The position numbers and the translations under genes were made by a program. Below the pieces are notes generated by a model that saw only the letters and a list, made by a program, of their open reading frames with translations, made no database searches and was not told where the DNA came from. From the NCBI GenBank assembly GCA_963820525.1, contig CAWGAA010000001.1:672001-736000 (forward strand): DNA of 64,000 nt. Direction: 5' to 3'. Positions 32,127 through 44,816 of this stretch are shown one piece after another; within the stretch, counting starts at the first letter, position 1, and each line of letters begins with the position of its first letter. Source of the stretch: an uncultured Spirochaetota bacterium (GTDB lineage: Bacteria > Spirochaetota > Spirochaetia > SZUA-6 > Fen-1364).

Positions 32127-33299
32127 TTATATCCATCTAGATTTATATTGATTAGCGAATAGACAACGAATTATTAATTCAATAATAGAAGATAAGACGC
32201 TTTTCAATAGCTTTTTGCCCATGATGGCGTTGACATTGCTCCGTAAGGATGGCGGTGTTGTACTACATTGCTTGCTTTTCTTTAGTTTCAATACATGGCA
32301 CGTCACCTCGTCTTGCCAACACCGATTGCATTCAACGGCTCGGATCAAGCTCCTTCAATTGATTCGATAGACCTTTTCTGCTTTCCTCAACGCCATCATA
32401 CTGGATGGATATAACATGCTGTTGGAGTTGTCCGCCTAGGCTACGCGTCGTTACTTATAGCTACGTTTGCTAGGGTTCCTTCGGTTGCTGATTCGGGGCG
32501 GCAACTCAACAGCGTCGTTATCTCCATCTAGATTTATATTGATTAGCAATGAAGTTAAGAATTATTAATTAAATAATCTTGGATAAGACGCTTTTCAATT
32601 TCATGTTTGCCCATGATGGCGTTGGCCTTTCTCTGGAAGGATGGCGGTGTTGTACTAGGTTGCACGCTTGTTTTTAGTTTCAATGCATGGCACGTCACCT
32701 TGGCTTATTATCACCGATTACATTCAACGGCTCTAATCAAGCTCTTTCAATTGATTCGCTAGATCTTTTCTGCTTTCCTCAACGCCATCATACTGGATGG
32801 AGATAACATGTCGTTGCAGCTGACCGCCCAAGCTACGCGTCGTCACTTGAAACTATGCGTGCTCAGCTATTTCCTTTTTTTGAGGCGGGGCGGCAGCTGA
32901 ACTCCTTGTTATCTCCATCTCAATTTATCTTGATTAGAAATGAAGTAAAGAATTATTAATTCAATGATCTTTGATAAGACGTTTTTCAATAGCTTGTTTG
33001 CACATGATGGCGTTGGCATTGCTCTGGAAGGATGGCGATGTTGTACTACATTGCCTGCTTGTCTTTAGTTTCAATGCATGGCACGCCACCTTGGCTTATT
33101 ATCACCGATTACATTCTACGGCTTAGATCAAGCTCTTTCAAATGATTCGCTAGATCTTTTCTGCTTTCCTCAACGCCATCATACTGGATGGAGATAACAT
33201 GTCGTTGCAGCTGACCGCCCAAGTTACGCGTCGTCACTTGAAACTACGCGTTCTCAGGTATTTCATTTTCTTGAGGCGGGGCGGCAGCTGAACTCCTTG
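32127..33299 (+). repeat. Three family A cassettes (32127, 32518, 32909)
   Basis: Family A IR and motifs. Confidence 0.92.
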
Positions 33300-33352
33300 T
33301 TATCTCTCCCTAAGACTTGACTGTTGTGCATATTTTATGCATCATTGTGCAT

Positions 33353-33553
33353 ATGAGAACTACTCTTAACATCGACCCTACTCTCCTTAGAGAGGCAACA
33401 AGACTAACAGGGATATCCGAAAAGACTTCCCTTGTCCGTATGGGCCTTCAGGCCCTGATCTCCAAAGAAAGTTCTAAGCGTTTGGCTGAGCTTGGCGGAA
33501 CTGAAAAGAGTCTTCGTTCTATCCCAAGAAGACGACCTAAGAAGACAGCATGA
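33353..33553 (+). CDS. vapB: VapB-type antitoxin
   Basis: MRTTLNID..LL.EA.RLTGI.EKT.LV..GL.ALI; ATGA overlap; TGCATA-TTT-TATGCA palindrome upstream. Confidence 0.88.
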   Translation: MRTTLNIDPTLLREATRLTGISEKTSLVRMGLQALISKESSKRLAELGGTEKSLRSIPRRRPKKTA

Positions 33554-33906
33554 TCCTAGTTGATACTTCTGTTTGGATAGATCATTTTCGAAATGACAAT
33601 GCAGAGCTGCGCAAGTTATTAAACAACAATGAAGTTATGACTCACCCTTTTATTATTGGTGAACTTGCTTGCGGACTCATACAAAATAGATCAGAAATAC
33701 TTAACCTTCTGGCCGAGTTGCCTGCTGTTATAACGGCAGATCATCAGGAAGTGCTAAAGCTCATCGAATCAAAGAAACTCTATGGTTCTGGAATTGGATT
33801 GATTGATGCACATTTAATTGCATCAGCGCTAATAACCAAAGTTGGAATCTTCACTCTTGATAAACCTTTGGCAAAAGCAACTTCATATCTTGGAATAAAC
33901 CAATAA
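33550..33906 (+). CDS. vapC: PIN-domain toxin VapC
   Basis: MILVDTSVWIDHF, HPFIIGELACG, IDAHLIASA, TLDK. Confidence 0.92.
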   Translation: MILVDTSVWIDHFRNDNAELRKLLNNNEVMTHPFIIGELACGLIQNRSEILNLLAELPAVITADHQEVLKLIESKKLYGSGIGLIDAHLIASALITKVGIFTLDKPLAKATSYLGINQ

Positions 33907-34162
33907 ATTTCATAGTTATCATAGGATGTTTCATTCAACTGTTGAGAATCTCTATATTCAGTATCCTCATAGAAGGTTATATTGACCCGTTTGGAATAAG
34001 TCATGCTTGGATATCAGTTTTCCAGCACATAAAACGAATTAATGAAAGGGAGAGATAACATGCTGTTGGAGTTGACCCCTTAGCCTACGTTTTGAAAGTG
34101 TAGCATGTGTTGCTAAACCGCCACTACCCTGCTTCGGGCGGCGGGGCAACTCAACAGCGTTG

Positions 34163-34948
34163 TTATCTCCATCTAGATTTATATTGATTAGCAAATAGGC
34201 GACAAATTCTTAATTCAAGAATATTGGATAAGACGTTTTTCAATAGCTTGCTTTCCCATGATGGCGTTGGCATTGAGCGGGAAGGATGGCGGTGTTGTAC
34301 TAGTTTGCCTGCTTGTTTTTAGGTTCAATACACTGCTCGTCACCTTGGCTTATTGTCACCGATTACACTATAGGGCTCGGATCAAGTTCTTTTAATTGAT
34401 TCGATTGCTCTTTTTCTGCTTTCCTCAACGCCATCATACTGGATGTAGATAACATGTCGTTGCAGCTGACCGCCCAAGCTACGCATCGTCACTTAAAACT
34501 ACGCGCGCTCAGGTATTTCTTTTTTTGATGCGGGGCGGCAGCTGAACTCCTCGTTATATCCAATCTAGATTTATATTGATTATCGAATAGGCAACGAATT
34601 AGTAATTCAATAAAAAGAGATAATACGTGTTTCAATAGCTTGTTTAACCATGATGGCGTTGGCATTGCTCTGGAAGGATGGCGGTGTTGTACTAATGTTG
34701 CTTGCTTGCTCTTAGTTTCAATACACTGCACGTCACCGTGGCTTAATGGTCAACGATTTCATTATAGGGCTCGGATCAAGCTCTTTCTCTTGAAACAACA
34801 ACTCTTTTCTGTTGTCCTCAACGCCATCATACTGGATGGATATAACATGCTGTTGGAGTTGTCCGCCTAGGCTACGCGTCGTTACTTATAGCTACGTTTG
34901 CTAGGGTTCCTTCGGTTGCTGATTCGGGGCGGCAACTCAACAGCGTCG
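34163..34948 (+). repeat. Two family A cassettes (34163, 34554)
   Basis: Family A IR and motifs. Confidence 0.92.
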
Positions 34949-35035
34949 TTGTGCGGGCTCTACGGCTCTGTGGGGGCGGCACCTTTCGTGAATGCTCGAG
35001 TGGTCATCGACCGTCCCTTCCCGAGGGAGGTAATC

Positions 35036-35560
35036 ATGATACGTCAGTCGCGGCCTGTTGATTTCGATGCGATCTACACGATCATCAACAATGCAGCAAT
35101 TGCCTACAAAGGTATCATTCCAGACGACAGATGGCACGATCCCTATATGACTCGGGCGGAGCTGCATGAGCAAATTGACGGCGGCGTAAAGTTCTCCTGC
35201 TACTGTGAAGATGATGAGGTTCTTGGCGTAATGGGGATCCAGGACAAGAATGACGTCTTTCTAATACGGCATGCATATGTTCTTACAACCAGCCGGAACA
35301 AGGGAATTGGAACAAAGCTCCTAAAGGAACTAACACGCAACTCGGAAAAACCTGTTTTGATCGGAACCTGGAAAGCCGCAACATGGGCAATTGGCTTCTA
35401 TCTTAAGAATGATTTCAAGCTTGTCACGGAAGAAGAGAAGGGAGTTCTGTTGAGGAAGTACTGGAGTATTCCGGAAAGGCAAGTTGAAACCTCAGTGGTT
35501 CTTGCAGATGGAAAGTATGAAAAGGCAAAAGCCAAGCTCTTATCGCCAGGTTCAGGCTGA
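35036..35560 (+). CDS. GNAT N-acetyltransferase (cassette)
   Basis: LIRHAYV..SRNKGIGTKLL, WAIGFY.KN.F; start after GGAGG. Confidence 0.9.
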   Translation: MIRQSRPVDFDAIYTIINNAAIAYKGIIPDDRWHDPYMTRAELHEQIDGGVKFSCYCEDDEVLGVMGIQDKNDVFLIRHAYVLTTSRNKGIGTKLLKELTRNSEKPVLIGTWKAATWAIGFYLKNDFKLVTEEEKGVLLRKYWSIPERQVETSVVLADGKYEKAKAKLLSPGSG

Positions 35561-35775
35561 AATGACCTTAGCAGGCATGATCGAATAGCCCTATCTATGT
35601 GGACATCGCCGTAGGATCAGGGCTTAAGGAGAGCCGCACAACAAGTCGTTGAAGCCGACCCCTTGACATCCGGCTGAAAGTGGGGCAGCGGATTCGTAAA
35701 AGCCGTCACGGTTGATCTGATGCGGCGGGGCGGCTTAACTCCATGTTATCTCCATCTCAATTTATCTTGATTAGA

Positions 35776-36340
35776 GTCTCCTACGGGGAGAAACCCCCTC
35801 GTCTTTAGACGAAGACTTTAGTAGGCTTGCGGTACGATGAAGCAGTATCGAAAAGCGTCGCACTGCGTCTATGATTTGAAGTATCATATAGTGTGGATCA
35901 CCAAGTACCGCAAGCCAGTGTGGGGGAAAGAGATAGGAACCCGCGTAAGAGATCTGATACGAATGATTTGCGCGAGCCTGGACGTAGAGATCGTGAAAGG
36001 GAACATCAGCCGCGATCACGTGCATCTGCTGCTGAGCGTGCCGCCGACTCTATCGGTATCCAGGCTCGTGCAGCGCATGAAGGGGCTGACATCACGGAAG
36101 CTGCTCATGGAAAACAAAGGGTTGAACAAAACATTCTGGGGCAGGCATCTTTGGGCCCGCGGGTATTTCGTGGCGAGCACAGGGAACGTGACCGAAGAGA
36201 TGATCGCCCGCTACATCGAGAATCAGCAGGACACAGAGCGGGACCAAGATGCCGACTTCAAAGTAGAACCGTGATGTCGGCCCCAGTCGGCTTTAGCCGA
36301 CAAGCGCAAACCCCCCGACTTAAGTCGGGGGTGGTTTAGA
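35776..36340 (+). mobile_element. IS200/IS605-family element, tnpA only, ~565 bp
   Basis: Ends defined by the empty-site copy at 32909 (ambiguous within TTAGA); subterminal hairpins TCGTCT-TT-AGACGA and CCCCCGACTTAAGTCGGGGG. Confidence 0.92.
35837..36274 (+). CDS. tnpA: IS200 Y1 HUH transposase
   Basis: YHIVWITKYRK, DHVHLL (HUH), LWARGYF, YIENQ. Confidence 0.96.
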   Translation: MKQYRKASHCVYDLKYHIVWITKYRKPVWGKEIGTRVRDLIRMICASLDVEIVKGNISRDHVHLLLSVPPTLSVSRLVQRMKGLTSRKLLMENKGLNKTFWGRHLWARGYFVASTGNVTEEMIARYIENQQDTERDQDADFKVEP

Positions 36341-36701
36341 AATGAAGTAAAGAATTATTAATTCAATGATCTTTGATAAGACGTTTTTCAATAGCTTGTT
36401 TGCACATGATGGCGTTGGCATTGCTCTGGAAGGATGGCGATGTTGTACTACATTGCCTGCTTGTCTTTAGTTTCAATGCATGGCACGCCACCTTGGCTTA
36501 TTATCACCGATTACATTCTACGGCTTAGATCAAGCTCTTTCAAATGATTCGCTAGATCTTTTCTGCTTTCCTCAACGCCATCATACTGGATGGAGATAAC
36601 ATGTCGTTGCAGCTGACCGCCCAAGTTACGCGTCGTCACTTGAAACTACGCGTTCTCAGGTATTTCATTTTCTTGAGGCGGGGCGGCAGCTGAACTCCTT
36701 G

Positions 36702-37123
36702 TTACATCCACGCTAATAATTTCTTTGAGAGAATATTTTGCCTGTTCTGTTTTGAATTATTCAAAGCAAATAAAGAATTCGATTTAGCAATCTTGCAGGT
36801 TTTACTTTGGTGAATTCCTCTGATACTTTTGCGCGGGCCATGTAAGTTCCCATTGGAACAGCTCGCGCCCATTAGCTGAAAGGGCATTATCAACTTTTAA
36901 CATCATTTTCTTTCGCTATGCCCGAATTCTATCATCAATCAACTAACCTTATATTTTCTTCATATCGTGAAGCTTCTTTGCTGGCCCGCGCATATTGTTC
37001 TGTTTCCGCGTAGATGTAACATGCGGTTGGAGCAGACCGCTTGGACTGCTCGTCGTTACTGATTCTTCCTCGTGTTAAATCAAATGAACCTATATGATGC
37101 GGCGCGGCTGCTCAACCGCGTCG
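36702..37123 (+). repeat. Family B cassette
   Basis: Family B IR and motifs. Confidence 0.9.
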
Positions 37124-38699
37124 TTATCTCCATCTAGATTTATATTGATTAGCAAATAAGCAACGAATTATCAATTCAAGAATATTTGATAAGACGTTTT
37201 TCAATATTTTGCTTTCCCATGATGGCGTTGGCATTGGGCGGGAAGGATGGCGGTGTTGTACTAGTTTGCCTGCTTGTTTTTAGGTTCAACACACTGCGCG
37301 TCACCTTGGCTTATTGTCACCGATTACACTATTGGGCTCGGATCAAGCTCCTTTAATTGATTCGATTGCTCTTTTTCTGCTTTCCTCAACGCCATCATAC
37401 CGGATGGAGATAACATGTCGTTGCAGCTGACCGCCCAAGCTACGCGCCGTTATTCGAAACTACGCGCGCTCAGGTATTTCCTCTTTTTGAGGCGGGGCGG
37501 CAGCTGAACTCCTTGTTATATCCAACCAGATTCATATTGATTAGTAATGATTTAAGAATCTTTAAATCAATAATCTTGGATAAGACGTTTTTCAATTAAT
37601 GGCTGTTACATGATGGCGTTGGCATTGTTCTGGAAGGATGGCGGTGTTGTACTACATTTGGTTGCTTTTTTTAGTTTCAATGTATAGCACGTCACCTTGG
37701 CCTATTGTCACCGATTACATTATAAGGCCCTGATCAAGTCATTTTGATTGATACGATGAATCTTCTTCTGCTTTCCTACAACGCCATCATACTTGGTGGA
37801 TATAACATGCTGTTGGAGTTGTCCGCCTTGGCTACGCTTCTTTACAAATAACTACGCACGGTAAAGCCGATTGTACTTGGATGATTCGGGGCGGCAACTC
37901 AACAGCGTCGTTATATCCAACCAGATTCATATTGATTAGCAATGATTTAAGGAATCCTTAATTCAATAATCTTGGATAAGATGTTTTTCAATTGATTGCT
38001 TTCCCATGATGGCGTTGGCATTGTTCTGGAAGGATGGCGGTGTTGTACTACATTTGGTTTCTTATTTTTAGTTTCAAAGTATGGCACGTCACCTTGGCTT
38101 ATTATCACCGATTACATTATAAGGCTCTGATCAAGTCATTTCGATTGATACGATGAATCTTCTTCTGCTTTCCTACAACGCCATCATACTTGGTGGATAT
38201 AACATGCTGTTGGAGTTGTCCGCCTAGGCTACGCTTCGTTACAAATAACTACGCACGGTAAAGCCGATTGTACTTGGATGATTCGGGGCGGCAACTCAAC
38301 AGCGTCGTTATCTCCATCTAGATTTATATTGATTAGCAAACAAGCAACGAATTATTAATTCAAGAATATTGGAGAAGACGTTTTTCAATAGCTTGCTTTC
38401 CCATGATGGCGTTGGCATTGGGCGGGAAGGATGGCTGTGTTGTACTAGTTTGCCTGCTTGTTTTTAGGTTCAATACTCTGCTCGTCACCTTTGCTTATTG
38501 TCACCGATTACATTATAGGGCTCGTATCAAGCTCTTTTAATTGATTCGATTACTCTTTTTCTGCTTTCCTCAACGCCATCATACTGGATGGAGATAACAT
38601 GTCGTTGCAGCTGACCGCCCAAGCTACGCGCCTTCACTTGAAACTACGCGCGCTCAGGTATTTCCTTTTTTTGAGTCGGGGCGGCAGCTGAACTCCTCG
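37124..38699 (+). repeat. Four family A cassettes (37124, 37516, 37911, 38308)
   Basis: Family A IR; 37124 matches 18644 and 37911 matches 50797. Confidence 0.92.
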
Positions 38700-39138
38700 T
38701 TATATTCACGCATATTGAAGATTCTTAGATAATTTCAGTATTAGTTCCCTGTATACGTATGCTTGAGTATTGCTATCATAAAGGGCTTTTTTCCTATTTG
38801 AGTAATGTTGTGAGATTCACCTCTTTCATTTCTTTTCTTTCCTTTGCGCGGGCCCTGGTAGTCACTAGGTCAAAGCTCGCGCCACTCTTTTGGTAGCCTC
38901 TCTTACCTTTTAACCTTGTTTTCTTTCGTTCAAGGTTGAAGTCTAGATTCAACCTGTTGCGGTCAGCTTTTTTCACTCTCTTATAGTTCTCTGCATCGGC
39001 CCGCGCTAGTCTCTTATGTTTCCGCGTAAATATAACAAGTCGTTGCAGCTGACCGCCTAGGCTACGCGTCGTTAGAAATAACTACGCTCGTTCAAGTATT
39101 TTTTCTTTCTTGATTCGGGGCGGCAGCTGAACTCCATG
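38700..39138 (+). repeat. Family C cassette, second copy
   Basis: Near-identical to 16976. Confidence 0.9.
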
Positions 39139-39184
39139 TTGGATGGCGCTTCGACAACAGGCCTTCTTGCGGTAGACTGATGCC

Positions 39185-39982
39185 ATGAAGAAAGCAAACG
39201 AAACAAGCGCTGCGGAAGCATTCGCTCTTGTTCTTTCAGCAATCAACAACAAGGTGTACCGTCTGCTCGATTCACCCGACGAGAAGAATAGGGTCACTTC
39301 CGACATTGATTATGTATATGCATCCGCCTCTGGCAGAGGGTCTCATGTGGCGGCTGAGCATACAATCGTTGAATCCTTTGAGGGACAGCTTGCTTACGTC
39401 AACCAATCTTTTGATGTCGCGGCCGAGATCAATACTATTTGCAAGGGCAAGATCCCCCCAGACCGATATTTCTTCCTGGCCATACCAGATCTCCTTGTTA
39501 GATCGCTAGACAGACCGAGACGAACCGCCTTTGTCGAACATATTTCTTCAGTCATTGCCAAGGAATGCTTGCATCTACAAGAGGACGGGCACACCAAAAT
39601 ACCGTTCAATGAACATGATATCTGGCTGATGTGCCGAGGCAGTCATCCAGAAATGAACGGGAATGTCTTTCGAATCCCCAAGGCGCCGGAAGAGGGAGAT
39701 ACCTTACAGCGCCAGAGACTTGCTCGCGCTCTTACGATGAAGTTGCCCAACCTATGCAAGTATAAGCTCAAGGGCTTCACAACGGCTCTGCTGCTTGAAG
39801 ATATTTCTGGGGGCCTCTCCAACATCGGTTTCCATGGCCGATCGATAAAAGTTCTGCATCGGATTGCGATACGGTTTTTCGTAAACTATGTCGTTGTCTT
39901 TGCATCCAACAATCAGCGTATGATAGTCGGCAATGTCTGGAAGGAAAACGGAAGGTGGTATGGAAACGTTCCCTATGCCTAG
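39185..39982 (+). CDS. Hypothetical protein, C-terminally truncated duplicate of 43968..44816
   Basis: An extra C (TATGCCTAG vs TATGCTAGA) creates a stop 17 codons early. Confidence 0.8.
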   Translation: MKKANETSAAEAFALVLSAINNKVYRLLDSPDEKNRVTSDIDYVYASASGRGSHVAAEHTIVESFEGQLAYVNQSFDVAAEINTICKGKIPPDRYFFLAIPDLLVRSLDRPRRTAFVEHISSVIAKECLHLQEDGHTKIPFNEHDIWLMCRGSHPEMNGNVFRIPKAPEEGDTLQRQRLARALTMKLPNLCKYKLKGFTTALLLEDISGGLSNIGFHGRSIKVLHRIAIRFFVNYVVVFASNNQRMIVGNVWKENGRWYGNVPYA

Positions 39983-40175
39983 AAGATTCCATTTCACTTA
40001 CGATATAACTGGTAAAATGCAGATTGGCACTTAGGTATCAACAGAGCGGCCTTTCGGAGATGCGCCATCCAACAAGTCGTTGCAGCTGACGCCTAAGATT
40101 TCGTCTGAAAGATACAGCTCTGTTTCATAGAACCGTCGGGGCTGTGGTGACTCGGCGGCGCAGCTGAACTCTATG

Positions 40176-40990
40176 TTATATCCATCTAGATTTATATTGA
40201 TTAGCAAATAATCAACGAATTATTAATTCAAGAATAGAAGATAAGACGCCTTTCAATAGCTTGCTTGCCCATTATGGCGTTGGCATTGTTCTGCAAGGAT
40301 AGCGGTGTTGTACTACATTGGTTGCTTGTCTTTAGTTTCAATTTATGGCACGTCACCTTGGCTAATTGTCACCGATTACATTCAACGGCTCGGATCAAGC
40401 TCTTTTAATTGATTCGATAGATCTTTTCTGCTTTCCTCAACGCCATCATACTGGATGGATATAACATGCTGTTGGAGTTGACCGCCTAGGCTACGCTTCG
40501 TTACTAATAACTACGCTAGCTGAAGTATTTGTACTTGGCTGATTCGGGGCGGCAACTCAACAGCGTCGTTACATCCACGCTAATAATTTCTTTGAGAGAA
40601 TATTTTGCCTATTCTGTTTTGAATTATTCAAAGCAAATAAAGAATTCGATTTAACAATCTTGCAGGTTTTACTTTGTTGAATTCCTCTGATACTTTTGCG
40701 CGGGCCATGTAAGTTCCCATTGGAACAGCTCGCGCCCATTAGCTGAAAGGGCATTATCAACTTTTAACATCATTTTCTTTAGCTATGCCCGAATTCTATC
40801 ATCAATCAACTAACCTTATATTTTCTTCATATCGTGAAGCTTCTTTGCTGGCCCGCGCATATTGTTCTGTTTCCGCGTAGATGTAACATGCGGTTGGAGC
40901 AGACCGCTTGGACTGCTAGTCGTTACTGATTCTTCCTCGTGTTAAATCAAATGAACCTATATGATGCGGCGCGGCTGCTCAACCGCGTCG
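40176..40990 (+). repeat. Family A (40176) plus family B (40569) cassettes
   Basis: The pair recurs as a block at 42719-43533. Confidence 0.9.
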
Positions 40991-41066
40991 TTATGCATAC
41001 TTGAAAACTACTATAGGTGCTTTTATTTACACTATAGGTTGGCTTGAGGTATTGGAGGAACCGACA

Positions 41067-41804
41067 TTGTCCGCAACTGATAAGTATGCCGACGTCGCCG
41101 AACGGTATGGTGAAATGCTGCAGGATGACCCAAGCCGCGAGATGTTCTTCAAAAGAACATTTGATAAGTTTCATGCAAAGAGCATTTTGGATTGCGCATG
41201 CGGAACTGGAAAGGACTTATTGCTTTTCCACTCCATGGGCTACGTCGTAATCGGATCAGACCTCTCTGATTCTATGCTCAAAGTATCGCAAAAAGCCATT
41301 AGCGAACACCGGGCAAACATTATTCTGAGAAAGGGAGACTTCCAGAATCTAAGGGCAGTACATAGTGAGGTGTTTGATGCGGTACTATGCCTGAGCAATT
41401 CGATAAACGAAGCCGAGGTTGATCCAATTAGGGCATTAGAAAGTATGAAACAGGTACTCAAGCCCGACGGAATCATCATCCTGGACCAGGGCCAGACAGA
41501 TTTGTCGATGCAGGATCCGCCCTCTTATGTGCCAATAATGAACAATCAGAATCTGTCACGACTCTACACAATGACATACGACAAAGACATAATGACCGTG
41601 AACATTTTCGATTTCATCCATGATGAGAAAGCAAAGAAGTACGATTTTAGCCACAGCCAGTTCAAAATCTGCATCAGACTTTATGCAGATTGGAGAGCAA
41701 TTCTACAGAGGGCTAACCTGAAAGCAGAATTCTATGGAAATTGGGAAGGGGAAAAATACGATCCAAATAGAAGCAAAAGGTTGATCATCGTTGCTAGGAA
41801 ATGA
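41067..41804 (+). CDS. Class I SAM-dependent methyltransferase (cassette)
   Basis: ILDCACGTG, GSDLSDSML, FDAVLCL.NS, LKPDG; TTG start after GGAGG (ORF track start 41001). Confidence 0.9.
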   Translation: MSATDKYADVAERYGEMLQDDPSREMFFKRTFDKFHAKSILDCACGTGKDLLLFHSMGYVVIGSDLSDSMLKVSQKAISEHRANIILRKGDFQNLRAVHSEVFDAVLCLSNSINEAEVDPIRALESMKQVLKPDGIIILDQGQTDLSMQDPPSYVPIMNNQNLSRLYTMTYDKDIMTVNIFDFIHDEKAKKYDFSHSQFKICIRLYADWRAILQRANLKAEFYGNWEGEKYDPNRSKRLIIVARK

Positions 41805-41938
41805 AGTTAAGAGCAAATCGAAAGTATGCATAACAAGTCGTTGAAGCCGACCCCTTAAATTGCGTGTGGAGAGTGGGGCCTACGCTCCGTAAAAACGGCC
41901 AAGGCTGATTTTATTCGGCGGGGCGGCTTAACTCCATG

Positions 41939-43921
41939 TTATCTCCATCTAGATTTATATTGATTAGCAAATAAGCAACCAATTATTAATTCAAGAATAT
42001 TGGATAGGACGTTTTTCAATAGCATGCTTCCCCATGATGGCGTTGGCATTGGGCGGGAAGGATGGCTGTGTTGTACTAGTTTGCCTGCTTGTTTTTAGGT
42101 TCAATACACTGCGCGTCACCTTGGCTTATTGTCACCGATTACATTATAGGGCTCGGATTAAGCTCTTTTAATTGATTCGATTGCTCTTTTTCTGTTTTCC
42201 TCAACGCCATCATACTGGATGGAGATAACATGTCGTTGCAGCTGACCGCCCAAGCTACGCGCCTTCACTTGAAACTACGCGCGCTCAGGTATTTCCTTTT
42301 GTTGAGTCGGGGCGGCAGCTGAACTCCTCGTTATATCCATCTAGAATTATATTGATTAGTGAAGAAGCATCGGATTATTAATTCGATAATAATAAAATAC
42401 GTTTTTCAATTGCCTGTTTGCCTATGATGGCGTTGGCATTGCTCTGGAAGGATGGCGGTGTTGTACTACATTGCTTGCTTGTCTTTAGTTTCAAGGCATG
42501 GCACGTCACCTTGGCATATGTCACCGATTACATTCTACGGCTCGGATCAAGCTCTTTCAATTGATTCGATAGGTCTTTTCTGTTTTCCTCAACGCCATCA
42601 TACTGGATGGATATAACATGTCGTTGCAGCTGACCGCCCATGCTACGCGTCGTCACTTGAAATTACGCGTGCTCAAGTATTTCCTTTTGTTGAGTCGGGG
42701 CGGCAGCTGAACTCATTGTTATATCCATCTAGATTTATATTGATTAGCAAATAATCAACGAATTATTAATTCAAGAATAGAAGATAAGACGCCTTTCAAT
42801 AGCTTGCTTGCCCATTATGGCGTTGGCATTGTTCTGCAAGGATAGCGGTGTTGTACTACATTGGTTGCTTGTCTTTAGTTTCAATTTATGGCACGTCACC
42901 TTGGCTAATTGTCACCGATTACATTCAACGGCTCGGATCAAGCTCTTTTAATTGATTCGATAGATCTTTTCTGCTTTCCTCAACGCCATCATACTGGATG
43001 GATATAACATGCTGTTGGAGTTGACCGCCTAGGCTACGCTTCGTTACTAATAACTACGCTAGCTGAAGTATTTGTACTTGGCTGATTCGGGGCGGCAACT
43101 CAACAGCGTCGTTACATCCACGCTAATAATTTCTTTGAGAGAATATTTTGCCTATTCTGTTTTGAATTATTCAAAGCAAATAAAGAATTCGATTTAACAA
43201 TCTTGCAGGTTTTACTTTGTTGAATTCCTCTGATACTTTTGCGCGGGCCATGTAAGTTCCCATTGGAACAGCTCGCGCCCATTAGCTGAAAGGGCATTAT
43301 CAACTTTTAACATCATTTTCTTTAGCTATGCCCGAATTCTATCATCAATCAACTAACCTTATATTTTCTTCATATCGTGAAGCTTCTTTGCTGGCCCGCG
43401 CATATTGTTCTGTTTCCGCGTAGATGTAACATGCGGTTGGAGCAGACCGCTTGGACTGCTAGTCGTTACTGATTCTTCCTCGTGTTAAATCAAATGAACC
43501 TATATGATGCGGCGCGGCTGCTCAACCGCGTCGTTATATCCATCTAGAATTATATTGATTAGTGAAGAAGCATCGGATTATTAATTCGATAATAATAAAA
43601 TACGTTTTTCAATTGCCTGTTTGCCTATGATGGCGTTGGCATTGCTCTGGAAGGATGGCGGTGTTGTACTACATTGCTTGCTTGTCTTTAGTTTCAAGGC
43701 ATGGCACGTCACCTTGGCATATGTCACCGATTACATTCTACGGCTCGGATCAAGCTCTTTCAATTGATTCGATAGGTCTTTTCTGTTTTCCTCAACGCCA
43801 TCATACTGGATGGATATAACATGTCGTTGCAGCTGACCGCCCATGCTACGCGTCGTCACTTGAAATTACGCGTGCTCAAGTATTTCCTTTTGTTGAGTCG
43901 GGGCGGCAGCTGAACTCATTG
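41939..43921 (+). repeat. Run of ORF-less cassettes: A 41939, A 42331, A 42719, B 43112, A 43534
   Basis: Family IRs and attCs; 43534 matches 42331. Confidence 0.9.
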
Positions 43922-43967
43922 TTGGATGGCGCTTCGACAACAGGCCTTCTTGCGGTAGACTGATGCC

Positions 43968-44816
43968 ATGAAGAAAGCAAACGAAACAAGCGCTGCGGAA
44001 GCATTCGCTCTTGTTCTTTCAGCAATCAACAACAAGGTGTACCGTCTGCTCGATTCACCCGACGAGAAGAATAGGGTCACTTCCGACATTGATTATGTAT
44101 ATGCATCCGCCTCTGGCAGAGGGTCTCATGTGGCGGCTGAGCATACAATCGTTGAATCCTTTGAGGGACAGCTTGCTTACGTCAACCAATCTTTTGATGT
44201 CGCGGCCGAGATCAATACTATTTGCAAGGGCAAGATCCCCCCAGACCGATATTTCTTCCTGGCCATACCAGATCTCCTTGTTAGATCGCTAGACAGACCG
44301 AGACGAACCGCCTTTGTCGAACATATTTCTTCAGTCATTGCCAAGGAATGCTTGCATCTACAAGAGGACGGGCACACCAAAATACCGTTCAATGAACATG
44401 ATATCTGGCTGATGTGCCGAGGCAGTCATCCAGAAATGAACGGGAATGTCTTTCGAATCCCCAAGGCGCCGGAAGAGGGAGATACCTTACAGCGCCAGAG
44501 ACTTGCTCGCGCTCTTACGATGAAGTTGCCCAACCTATGCAAGTATAAGCTCAAGGGCTTCACAACGGCTCTGCTGCTTGAAGATATTTCTGGGGGCCTC
44601 TCCAACATCGGTTTCCATGGCCGATCGATAAAAGTTCTGCATCGGATTGCGATACGGTTTTTCGTAAACTATGTCGTTGTCTTTGCATCCAACAATCAGC
44701 GTATGATAGTCGGCAATGTCTGGAAGGAAAACGGAAGGTGGTATGGAAACGTTCCCTATGCTAGAAGATTCCATTTCACTTACGATATAACTGGTAAAAT
44801 GCAGATTGGCACTTAG
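43968..44816 (+). CDS. Hypothetical protein, possible PD-(D/E)XK-like fold (cassette)
   Basis: The ORF fills the cassette; DIDY...AAEHT..E is only weakly nuclease-like. Confidence 0.6.
   Translation: MKKANETSAAEAFALVLSAINNKVYRLLDSPDEKNRVTSDIDYVYASASGRGSHVAAEHTIVESFEGQLAYVNQSFDVAAEINTICKGKIPPDRYFFLAIPDLLVRSLDRPRRTAFVEHISSVIAKECLHLQEDGHTKIPFNEHDIWLMCRGSHPEMNGNVFRIPKAPEEGDTLQRQRLARALTMKLPNLCKYKLKGFTTALLLEDISGGLSNIGFHGRSIKVLHRIAIRFFVNYVVVFASNNQRMIVGNVWKENGRWYGNVPYARRFHFTYDITGKMQIGT

Larger units (their letters stand above)
35746..36701 (+). repeat. Family A cassette interrupted by IS200
   Basis: Matches the 32909 cassette once the insertion is removed. Confidence 0.9.
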
